Assembly: GCA_026989505.1 (NCBI GenBank)
Contig: JALSJF010000128.1
Coordinates: 2,437-66,436, forward strand
Length of the DNA stretch: 64,000 nucleotides
Source: Cyclobacteriaceae bacterium
GTDB taxonomy: Bacteria > Bacteroidota > Bacteroidia > Cytophagales > Cyclobacteriaceae
Direction of reading: 5' to 3'
Shown one piece after another: positions 28,844 to 36,635 of the stretch (position 1 is its first letter; each line of letters begins with the position of its first letter). Position numbers and translations under genes: made by a program. Below the pieces are notes generated by a model. That model saw only the letters and a program-made list of their open reading frames with translations, did no database searches and was not told the DNA's origin.

Positions 28844-28969
28844 GTGTTATCCCGGATTATTCATGATTTTCATGTTATTTCTCCCGAAAACTTTGTGTTT
28901 TCAGCAAAGATACTTGCCCCGCTTATTTGTTTGCAGCTTTGCTGCGGTAGGAATAATCCGGGTTAACAC
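28844..28969 (+). mobile_element. MITE-like repeat, subfamily A, complete copy bounded by 19-bp terminal inverted repeats
   Basis: The left end GTGTTATCCCGGATTATTC (28844-28862) is the inverted complement of the right end GAATAATCCGGGTTAACAC (28951-28969). The interior is about 85-90% identical by eye to the reverse complement of 48191-48300. Confidence 0.7.
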
Positions 28970-29132
28970 CCGTCTGCGGTAACTTTTTCCCGCTTTTTAT
29001 CATTATTCTGCTGCGCCTGATACAAATCATAAATTGGCAGTAAAAATGTGCGTAAAATAGCACCGTGAAACAGTAGGATGGCCGCTATGTCTGTGTTTGC
29101 TGGTTAGGCTTTAGTATTAAAAACAGACAACG

Positions 29133-30770
29133 ATGACAGAACGGATTGAACACATTGTCAAGCATATTCATTTTGACAGTGAAGAGGAGGTAGCCAAGGC
29201 GCTTGACCATGCCGGGCAACTGCAGGACCTGACGTACGAGGAAAAAAACGACCTGGCGGCCGCTTTCTCCATCATATTTTACCACCATGACCATGCCGGC
29301 ATTACGGCTATGGGCAAACTGGCCATCAGGGCCGAGCACCTCATTGCCGGTTTCGGCTGCGATGTGGTACCGTTCCTGCTTGGGGAACTAATCAATGCCG
29401 ATTCCGAATCGGCCGCCTACCTTGGCAAGGCCATAGCCTTAAACCCATGCCCCAACGTAGATGCCCTGCTGCAGGCCTGGGAGGAAAACTGGGACGATGA
29501 CTTTGCCGGCATCAACATCATTCAAACCCTGTCTTATTTTAAAGACCCCGATGTGGTTAAGGCCATCCCGCAAATATTGGTGGCCTGTAAATCTGCAAAC
29601 TTTCAGGTACGGGCCATGGGCCTGTACACCATTGGCAAGCTGGCCTTACGGCTCGATCCGGGGGTATTTTCGGAGGAACTGTTGTTGTCAATGTTCGATA
29701 CGGTATTTACTATGCTGGCCGATAGTAAACCGCTGGTGCGCAAGAATGCCGCCCGTTCGTTGGGCAAAATGCAAAAACGCGGTTTGCTCACCGACAAACA
29801 GCGGCTACAGGTGCTGGCGGCCTTTAAGGCTATCCTGGGCACCGATGGCCAGCATAATTGGGACCGGGCCTTTATTGTCCGCCATGAAGCAGAACATTTT
29901 TTACCGCTTTTTAGCAGCCGCCCGGCTATGGGCGACCGCTACCGCCAGAGTTTTAAAATCCTGGCCAAAAAAGAGCTTTGTGAGAAAACATTTCATTTTG
30001 TTATTGAAGCGCCCATGATAGCCCGCAAGCTCAAAGCCGGGCAGTTTATCATCGTCAGGCCCCATGACCACAGCGAGCGCATACCCCTGTCGCTCTGTGG
30101 TTGGGATGTTGACCGCGGGACCATCGAAATTATTGTTAATACCGTAGGCAAAACTTCTGCGGAAATAAATGCCTTGCAGGTGGGCGACCGTTTTATCGAT
30201 ATTGTCGGCCCGCTCGGGCAACGGTCGCATGTGCAGGCTTACCCCGATACCTGTGTGGTGATTGGCGGGGGCTATGGCACCGGGGCCATCATTCCCACAG
30301 CCAAAGATTTAAAGGCCCTGGGCAATAAGGTGATTGGCATTGTGGGCGCCCGCAGTAAAGACTTGTTGTTGATGACCCAAGAGTTGGCAGCGGTCTGCGA
30401 TGAGGTAATGATCACCACCAATGACGGGTCGGCAGGCATCGAGGGTTTTGTAACCGATGCCTTGCAGCAGGTGGTGTTGCGCGAAGACGTTAGCTATGTG
30501 CTGGCCGTAGGGCCCGTGCCGATGATGCAGGCGGTGAGCAAGCTGACCGAACCCCTGGCTATAACTACCTATGTTTCCCTCAACGCCATTATGGTGGACG
30601 GCACCGGTATGTGTGGTGCCTGCCGGGTGTCGGTGGGCGGTAAAACCCGCTTTGCCTGCTTCCATGGCCCTGATTTTAACGGCCATGAGGTGGATTTTGA
30701 GCAGTTGATGAAACGCCAGAAAATGTTTGTTAAAGAAGAAAGAGAAGCGCTTTACAGTGTAGAAGCATAA
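29133..30770 (+). CDS. Sulfide/dihydroorotate dehydrogenase-like FAD/NAD-binding protein (NfnA/SudB-like) with ~270-aa N-terminal HEAT-like extension
   Basis: The C-terminal ~275 aa are FKILAKKELCEKTFHFVIEAPMIARKLKAGQFIIVRP...VIGGGYGTGAIIP...MVDGTGMCGACRVSVGGKTRFACFHGPDF, a PyrK/NfnA-type region with [2Fe-2S] cysteines. The N-terminal part is helical-repeat-like (...FQVRAMGLYTIGKLA..., ...LVRKNAARSLGKMQ...). Confidence 0.8.
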   Translation: MTERIEHIVKHIHFDSEEEVAKALDHAGQLQDLTYEEKNDLAAAFSIIFYHHDHAGITAMGKLAIRAEHLIAGFGCDVVPFLLGELINADSESAAYLGKAIALNPCPNVDALLQAWEENWDDDFAGINIIQTLSYFKDPDVVKAIPQILVACKSANFQVRAMGLYTIGKLALRLDPGVFSEELLLSMFDTVFTMLADSKPLVRKNAARSLGKMQKRGLLTDKQRLQVLAAFKAILGTDGQHNWDRAFIVRHEAEHFLPLFSSRPAMGDRYRQSFKILAKKELCEKTFHFVIEAPMIARKLKAGQFIIVRPHDHSERIPLSLCGWDVDRGTIEIIVNTVGKTSAEINALQVGDRFIDIVGPLGQRSHVQAYPDTCVVIGGGYGTGAIIPTAKDLKALGNKVIGIVGARSKDLLLMTQELAAVCDEVMITTNDGSAGIEGFVTDALQQVVLREDVSYVLAVGPVPMMQAVSKLTEPLAITTYVSLNAIMVDGTGMCGACRVSVGGKTRFACFHGPDFNGHEVDFEQLMKRQKMFVKEEREALYSVEA

Positions 30771-30780
30771 GGAGAAAACC

Positions 30781-32310
30781 ATGAGCAAAGAAATTAAAAG
30801 GCCCTTAAGCAATAAAGAAAGAATAAACCTGCCGCACCAGATAATGCCCTTGCGGCAGGCCTGGGAACGGGTTAATAATTTTGCCGAAGTACCCCTGGGG
30901 TACAGCGATGAACAGGCCGTGGCCGAAGCCCAGCGCTGTCTGCAATGCCGTAAGCCGCATTGTGTGGAGGCCTGTCCGGTGGGGATAGACATCCCCGGCT
31001 TTATTAAACTGATAGAGCAGGGCGACCCGGCAGCCGCGGCCAGCAAAATACGCGAGACAAATTTCTTGCCGGCTGCCTGTGGCCGGGTTTGTCCGCAAGA
31101 CAAACAATGCCAGGCAGTGTGTGTGGTTGGCCGTAAAAACCTGCCGGTAGGTATTGGCAGCCTTGAGCGCTATGCTGCCGATTATGAGCGTGAGCACCAT
31201 ACCCTTACCCCCCCTGCAATAGCCCCCAGTACGGGCAAGCGGGTAGCCATTATTGGTTCGGGGCCGGCCGGCCTGTCGGCTGCTTATGAATTGCGGGTAA
31301 AAGGCCATGAGGTGGTGGTTTTTGAGGCATTTCACCGGGCCGGGGGGGTAATGGTCTATGGTATCCCCCGCTTTCGTTTGCCGTTGGAAATCATTGATGA
31401 AGATATTGCCTATCTCGAAAGCCTGGGGGTACAGTTTGTCTATAATATGGTCATTGGCAACATCCTCACCCTCGATGACTTGCTGGAGCAGGAAGGTTTT
31501 GATGCCGTATTTATCGGTACCGGGGCCGGCTTGCCCAATATGCTTACCATCCCGGGCACCAATGCCAACGGGGTTTATTCGGCCAATGAATACCTCACCC
31601 GGATTAACCTGATGGAAGCTGATAAATTCCCCGAATACTCCACTCCGCTCTTTCAGGGCAAAAAAGTGGCGGTTATCGGGGCGGGTAATACCGCCATGGA
31701 TGTGTTGCGCACGGCCAAACGCCTGGGCTCAGAGGTTACCTGCTACTACCGCAGGTCGGAGAACGAAGCCCCGGCCCGTTCGGAAGAACTGGAGCATGCC
31801 AAAGAAGAGTTTATCAACTGGCGCTGGCTGTCGAACCCGGTAGAATTTATTGTGGATGAAAACAATTTTGTCAAGCAGATAAAATGCGAAAAAATGGTGC
31901 TCTCAGAGCCTGACGAGTCGGGCAGGCGAAGCCCGCAGCCAACCGGGGAGTTTTTTGTGGAAGACTGCGATACGGTGGTGATGTCGTTAGGCTGCAGCGT
32001 TAACCCCATTATCCCATCTACCGATAAGGAGGTGCGGATAAATAAATGGGGTGTGATTATGGTGGACGTAGAAACCTGCCAGACAAGCAAAAAAGGTGTC
32101 TTTGCCGGAGGCGATGCCATTACCGGGGGCTCTACAGTGATTCTGGCGATGGGCCAGGCCAAGACAGCCGCTGCTGCCATTGATAAGTACCTGCGGGGCG
32201 AGCTCAGGGAAGACCCCCGGGTACCTACCGACCCTAATTTTTATGTTAAAGACTGGCAGCTTAACAACGGCCATGCGAAAAACGGTAAGCAAAAGAAGGT
32301 AACGGCTTAG
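30781..32310 (+). CDS. NADPH-dependent glutamate synthase small-subunit-like oxidoreductase (GltD/NfnB/SudA-like)
   Basis: Fe-S cysteines are present (CLQCRKPHCVEACPV; CGRVCPQDKQCQAVC), together with the dinucleotide folds VAIIGSGPAGLSAA and VAVIGAGNTAMD, and GVFAGGDA. Confidence 0.9.
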   Translation: MSKEIKRPLSNKERINLPHQIMPLRQAWERVNNFAEVPLGYSDEQAVAEAQRCLQCRKPHCVEACPVGIDIPGFIKLIEQGDPAAAASKIRETNFLPAACGRVCPQDKQCQAVCVVGRKNLPVGIGSLERYAADYEREHHTLTPPAIAPSTGKRVAIIGSGPAGLSAAYELRVKGHEVVVFEAFHRAGGVMVYGIPRFRLPLEIIDEDIAYLESLGVQFVYNMVIGNILTLDDLLEQEGFDAVFIGTGAGLPNMLTIPGTNANGVYSANEYLTRINLMEADKFPEYSTPLFQGKKVAVIGAGNTAMDVLRTAKRLGSEVTCYYRRSENEAPARSEELEHAKEEFINWRWLSNPVEFIVDENNFVKQIKCEKMVLSEPDESGRRSPQPTGEFFVEDCDTVVMSLGCSVNPIIPSTDKEVRINKWGVIMVDVETCQTSKKGVFAGGDAITGGSTVILAMGQAKTAAAAIDKYLRGELREDPRVPTDPNFYVKDWQLNNGHAKNGKQKKVTA

Positions 32311-32330
32311 TATGCCGGCCTGTTTTTGCT

Positions 32331-32515
32331 GTGCTAACCCGGATTATTCACAAAAGTTGTGAATAATGATGAGGGCAAAATATTTTACCCTCAAATTTGG
32401 GTCATGCTTAATCTTTGTCTCATGCTGTATATTGTGTATAACATGTTGTTTTACACTATTTTGCAGTTCATCAGCCCTGCGGGCGAAAAATTCATATGAA
32501 TTTTTCGGGCTAAAC
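32331..32515 (+). mobile_element. MITE-like repeat, subfamily B copy (shares terminal sequence with subfamily A)
   Basis: The left end is GTGCTAACCCGGATTATTC (32331-32349). The right end GAATTTTTCGGGCTAAAC (32498-32515) is an imperfect inverted copy. The body from 32367 to 32515 is about 90% identical by eye to 48375-48522. It contains the hairpin ATTATTCAC-AAAAGTT-GTGAATAAT and the 22-bp perfect palindrome GAAAAATTCATATGAATTTTTC. Confidence 0.65.
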
Positions 32516-32576
32516 TTCAGTCAGGTCAGCCTGTTCCGGAGATGCGGCATTGGCCCAAAACCGAGTGATATTTTGC

Positions 32577-33227
32577 CTACTCTTCAATCCGCATTTCGTC
32601 CGGCAGTTCGTTATCGTCTTTTTCAACATTGGTAAAACCATGTTTGAGCAATAAGTCCTGGCAAATAGCTACGGCATTCACAATCCCCTGGGCGGTTTGC
32701 CCGTGTTTGATGCCGAGCACCACGGTATCAACGATATGTTTCCAGTCTTCTTTGTCGATTTTTTTATTGATGCCGCTATCGCCAAGCACCACTACCCGCT
32801 GTTCCAGTTCGCTTATAAAAAGCAAAATACCTATCCGGTCGTTGGTGTTGAATACTTCTTCCTGCAGGAATATGTCGCGGGCTTTGGTGAGCACCCGTTG
32901 GCCGATGACATGGCCGGCCACCATCGAAAGTTTGAGGTTGGGGATAAACGTGGCCAGCAGGTAGGCCAGCAGCATCAGGCTGACCAGCATAATACTGATA
33001 ACCAAGGGGGTAATCCAGGCCGGCAACAACCAAAAATAGGCCAGTAAGCCAATAATGATGGCCACGGTACCGCCTATGAGGCTGGCGAATTTCCAGCCGG
33101 CCCCCGGATAATTATCACTTCTGCGGGCAAAATAAATGACCAGTTCCCCGGCTGTTGCTTTTTCAAGACTGGCCACCGCCTCCTTTATCTTATCCTTGTC
33201 TGCCTGGTTAAAACTAAATTTTTTCAT
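32577..33227 (-). CDS. TPM domain-containing membrane protein (second gene of a TPM pair)
   Basis: The ATG at 33227 gives MKKFSFNQADKDKIKEAVASLEKATAGELVIYFARRSDNYP, followed by two TM segments and a TPM-like soluble domain (...NDRIGILLFISELEQRVVVLGDSGI...). The 5' extension in the ORF track overlaps the upstream gene and I rejected it. Confidence 0.75.
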   Translation of the reverse strand: MKKFSFNQADKDKIKEAVASLEKATAGELVIYFARRSDNYPGAGWKFASLIGGTVAIIIGLLAYFWLLPAWITPLVISIMLVSLMLLAYLLATFIPNLKLSMVAGHVIGQRVLTKARDIFLQEEVFNTNDRIGILLFISELEQRVVVLGDSGINKKIDKEDWKHIVDTVVLGIKHGQTAQGIVNAVAICQDLLLKHGFTNVEKDDNELPDEMRIEE

Positions 33228-33255
33228 TGTTATCATAATCTGTTTTTGCCAACAA

Positions 33256-34131
33256 TTACCATCCTCCGGAAGCGCCACCTCCGCCAAAGCTGCCCCCGCC
33301 CCCGGAGAAGCCCCCGCCTCCGCCAAAGCCGCTACCTCCGCCAAAGCCGCTGCCACCGTAAAAGCCGCCCCCGCCATAATACCGGCCACTGCCGCCCCCG
33401 GTGGCGGTAGAGAACATAATAAGTGATGAAATAACGAAACTAATCCCTCCCATAACAATACTGCCAAAGAGCAGGCCAAAAACTACGGTTATGGCCACGA
33501 TGATACCCCATTTGATTTTCGAATTTTTCACCAGGGCCTTCAAAACACTTAATGAGAAAAGGGTAATCATCAGGATAAAGATAAACGAGCTTTCGTTGAA
33601 GCCAATATTATCCCGGGCACTGTAGGTAACGGCCGGCAGTTCCTCCCCTTCAATAAGGGTCATAATAGCTCCCACGGCTTCGTTGATGCCGTTGAAAAAC
33701 TGCCCCTGCCGGAAATTGGGCACAATAATATTTTCTATTATCCGCTTGGCATAAGCATCGGGAATGGCCCCTTCCAGTCCGTAGCCTACTTCAAGCCGCA
33801 CTTTCCGGTCGTCTTTGGCCACCAGCAAAATAACCCCGTCATCTACACCGTCACGGCCAATTTTCCAGGCATCGGCCAGGCGTATGCCGTATTGTTCAAT
33901 GGTTTCGGGATCGGTGGTGGGCACAATTACCACCACTACCTGGCTGCCTTTTTCTGCTTCAAAAGCTTTTAAACCGGCCTCCAGCCGGCTTATCTCGCTG
34001 GCCGACAGGGTGCCGGTGCGGTCGGTAACCCGGGCAGTAAGATCAGGCAGGGGCTGCTGGGCCCGGGCAAAGGCAGCGGCCAGCAAGGCAACCACCACCA
34101 GCAAGTTATTTTGCAAACGATTTGATGACAT
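33256..34131 (-). CDS. YgcG-like TPM domain protein with C-terminal TM segments and Gly-rich tail
   Basis: The ATG at 34131 gives the signal peptide MSSNRLQNNLLVVVALLAAAFARAQQ. The TPM domain is ...VTDRTGTLSASEISRLEAGLKAFEAEKGSQVVVVIV...DDGVILLVAKDDRKVRLEVGYGLEG... The C-terminus is GGGSGRYYGGGGFYGGSGFGGGSGFGGGGGFSGGGGSFGGGGASGGW. Confidence 0.85.
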   Translation of the reverse strand: MSSNRLQNNLLVVVALLAAAFARAQQPLPDLTARVTDRTGTLSASEISRLEAGLKAFEAEKGSQVVVVIVPTTDPETIEQYGIRLADAWKIGRDGVDDGVILLVAKDDRKVRLEVGYGLEGAIPDAYAKRIIENIIVPNFRQGQFFNGINEAVGAIMTLIEGEELPAVTYSARDNIGFNESSFIFILMITLFSLSVLKALVKNSKIKWGIIVAITVVFGLLFGSIVMGGISFVISSLIMFSTATGGGSGRYYGGGGFYGGSGFGGGSGFGGGGGFSGGGGSFGGGGASGGW

Positions 34132-34175
34132 TTCTGTAATATTAGCTAAACTTGTACGATAAAAATACAAATGTT

Positions 34176-34757
34176 ATGAGCAAAAAAGGATGGATTTTAA
34201 TTATAGTTTTGGTGATACTTGGCTTTATGAGTGTTAGCCGCTACAATGCTATGGTAAGTAAGGAGGAGGAAGTGAAGAATGCCTGGGCCAAAGTAGAGAG
34301 CCAATACCAGCGCAGGGCCGACCTGATCCCCAACCTGGTAAATGTGGTGAAAGGGTATGCAGCCCATGAAAAGGAAACCCTGGAAGGGGTGATTAAGGCC
34401 AGGGCCGAAGCCACCAGCGTGAAAATTGACCCTACAAACCTCAACGCGCAAAACATCCAGCAGTTTCAGGCAGCACAGGGCCAGCTTTCTTCGGCTTTAG
34501 CAAGGTTGATGGTGGTGGTGGAACGCTATCCTGAATTGAAGGCCAACCAGAATTTCCTGGAACTGCAGGCCCAGCTTGAAGGCACAGAAAACCGTATAGC
34601 CGTGGCCCGCGACCGGTTTAATAACCAGGTGAAAGAGTATAATATGCTGGTACGCAGGTTTCCGGGCAATATTTATGCCGGTATTTTTGGCTTTGAGCGG
34701 ATGAGCCCGTTTGCGGCTGAGCAGGGCGCAGAAAAAGCCCCGGAAGTTAAGTTTTAG
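34176..34757 (+). CDS. lemA: LemA family protein
   Basis: The ATG at 34176 gives MSKKGWILIIVLVILG (a TM segment). LemA signatures follow: ...YNAMVSKEEEVKNAWAKVESQYQRRADLIPNLV...ERYPELKANQNFLELQAQLEGTENRIAVARDRFN...YN...RRFP. Confidence 0.9.
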   Translation: MSKKGWILIIVLVILGFMSVSRYNAMVSKEEEVKNAWAKVESQYQRRADLIPNLVNVVKGYAAHEKETLEGVIKARAEATSVKIDPTNLNAQNIQQFQAAQGQLSSALARLMVVVERYPELKANQNFLELQAQLEGTENRIAVARDRFNNQVKEYNMLVRRFPGNIYAGIFGFERMSPFAAEQGAEKAPEVKF

Positions 34758-34879
34758 CTGTTTTGCGGCTGTTCCGTAGGGCTGAATTTTGGCCTAACCG
34801 TTTGATTTTCAAAGAAAATTGCCAATATTGCGGTAATTACTACGTTTTGCTGCTTAACAAGCCATAATTTTTCCATAGA

Positions 34880-35509
34880 ATGCGCCAGGCAATTTTATAT
34901 ATAGTGCTGACAGGACTGCTCGCCTTGTCATCGTGCAAGGTAGATCAAATCTGTGCGGCCTACCAAAGCTACTACCTGCTCAGCCCGGGCCAGCAACCAA
35001 GCGCCTTTTCTTTGCAGGCAGAAGACAGTGTGCCCGGCCACTATATGCCGGAGCTGTTTGCCCTGGTGTCCGAAGATGGCTTGCCGCGCAAAGACCTGCC
35101 CTATACCGAGTACAATAAAAACGGTCTGGTGAAACAAGAGTGGGCGATGGTAAAAAACTGGCAGATGCGCAGGGTGCCGATGGCGGTGGTGGCGCCAGAA
35201 CCGCCTGATTCAGTGCAGTTTAAGGGGGATGAATTGATGTATGCCGAGCGGGATGTGGTGGACTCGGTGGCGCTTGACAGTGTCAGGCAGGCGGCTTATT
35301 CCTATAAATACAATAACGATCAGAAGTTTTATAATTGGTACTTCCGCGATAAACTGGTGTGGCAGGATGAGTTGACTCAACCGGAAGAAGCCACAGAAGA
35401 AACAGCACCTGAGGAGGAGAAAGGGGACAAAAAGCCGTTCCTCCAGCGGATTTTTAAGAAGAAAGAAAAGCCCAAAGCTACTTCCGGGGGCCAGGAAGAT
35501 CAAAGGTAG
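34880..35509 (+). CDS. Hypothetical lipoprotein with acidic/basic C-terminal tail
   Basis: It has a signal peptide with lipobox (MRQAILYIVLTGLLALSSC). I do not recognise a family. Confidence 0.6.
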   Translation: MRQAILYIVLTGLLALSSCKVDQICAAYQSYYLLSPGQQPSAFSLQAEDSVPGHYMPELFALVSEDGLPRKDLPYTEYNKNGLVKQEWAMVKNWQMRRVPMAVVAPEPPDSVQFKGDELMYAERDVVDSVALDSVRQAAYSYKYNNDQKFYNWYFRDKLVWQDELTQPEEATEETAPEEEKGDKKPFLQRIFKKKEKPKATSGGQEDQR

Positions 35510-35543
35510 CCTTATGTTACCTTAACCAGACCTTTGCATACCT

Positions 35544-36632
35544 ATGGATGAGACTAACCTGAAAGATCATAATAAAATAGTCCGCGGGGCGGCAACTTTT
35601 TTAATCATTGCCGGTATCATTACCCTGCTCCAGTATTTTAAAAACTTTTTGCAACCTTTTGTGGTGGCCCTGATCCTGTGGTTCCTGGTGGTGGAGGTGC
35701 GCAGCCTGTTGGGTAAAATCAGGCTTAATAAGAAGAGGGCAATACCCCGGCCGGTACTAACGCTGATTAGTACCGTGGCCGTCTTCTATATTTTTTATGT
35801 TATTACGAACCTGATTATTGTCAATTTTCAAAGCCTGGCAGCCAATGCCGACAAGTATAATACCGCCCTGGTAAATTTGCTGGAATCGATAGAAGATGTT
35901 ATTGGTGTAGAAAATCTGGGCGAAGCGGTGCAGGGGGGGCAGAAAGCTATTGTAACCAATGCTACCGTGGCGGCCAAAGCCCTGGCTTCGTTTATAGGGC
36001 GCTTCTTTCTGGTGCTTTTTTATGTGATTTTTTTACTGCTGGAGGAGTCGGCCATGTCGAAAAAACTGCATATCATTTACCGCAGGTCCTCTTCCAAAGC
36101 CAGAATAAAGAATTCCATTGGCCGCATTACCACCTTAATGAGCGATTACCTCGGGATTAAGATACTTACCAGTTTCCTTACCGGCTTTTTGAGTTTTTTC
36201 GTCCTGTTGTTTCTGGGTATTGACCTGCCGGTGCTATGGGCTTTTATCATCTTCATCCTCAACTTTATTCCCAGTATAGGCTCTATTGTAGCTACTTCAT
36301 TCCCGGTAATTTTTGCTTTTTTGCAATACTCGGGCGATTGGGAAAAGGCCTTGTATGTGTTGCTGGGAGTGCTGGCTGTACAAGTATTTATCGGCAATTT
36401 GGTGGAGCCGAAAATTCTTGGCAATAAACTTAACTTAAGCCCTCTCGTGGTTATTTTGGGCCTTACCTTCTGGGGCTTTGTCTGGGGCTTTGTGGGTATG
36501 CTCTTGTCGGTACCCATTAATGCCGCCCTGATGATTATTTTCAGTCAGTTTGAAAGCACCCGTAATGCGGCTATCCTCTTCTCCAAAGACGGGGATATTG
36601 AGTACATGACGAAAGCGGATATTAAAACATAG
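35544..36632 (+). CDS. AI-2E family transporter (PerM-like permease)
   Basis: The 362-aa polytopic membrane protein has ...ILNFIPSIGSIVATSFPV...GNLVEPKILGNKLNLSPLVVILGLTFWGFVWGFVGMLLSVPI... Confidence 0.85.
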   Translation: MDETNLKDHNKIVRGAATFLIIAGIITLLQYFKNFLQPFVVALILWFLVVEVRSLLGKIRLNKKRAIPRPVLTLISTVAVFYIFYVITNLIIVNFQSLAANADKYNTALVNLLESIEDVIGVENLGEAVQGGQKAIVTNATVAAKALASFIGRFFLVLFYVIFLLLEESAMSKKLHIIYRRSSSKARIKNSIGRITTLMSDYLGIKILTSFLTGFLSFFVLLFLGIDLPVLWAFIIFILNFIPSIGSIVATSFPVIFAFLQYSGDWEKALYVLLGVLAVQVFIGNLVEPKILGNKLNLSPLVVILGLTFWGFVWGFVGMLLSVPINAALMIIFSQFESTRNAAILFSKDGDIEYMTKADIKT

Positions 36633-36635
36633 GTT

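Noticed and set aside
28761-28982. ORFs running through the repeat elements (28761-28982 plus, 48116-48298 minus, 32366-32635 plus, and an unlisted ~53-codon ORF at 48378-48539) whose peptides look conserved between copies
   Set aside because: I aligned the copies codon by codon. Most differences are non-synonymous, about 8 of 12 in subfamily B and a clear majority in subfamily A. Conservation ends at the repeat borders, not at the ORF borders. The similarity is therefore at the DNA/RNA level and does not reflect coding.
33256-33400. A short-period DNA repeat (CTCCGCCAAAGC occurring three times), considered as a tandem repeat or CRISPR-like array
   Set aside because: It encodes the GGxGFGG low-complexity tail typical of YgcG/TPM proteins. 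It has no spacer/repeat architecture.
33228-33479. The N-terminal extension of the 32577-33479 ORF (Ala/Gly-rich, overlapping the end of the YgcG-like gene)
   Set aside because: It is the antisense reading of the Gly-rich tail codons of the upstream gene. A good ATG at 33227 (MKKFSF...) starts just after the upstream stop at 33256.
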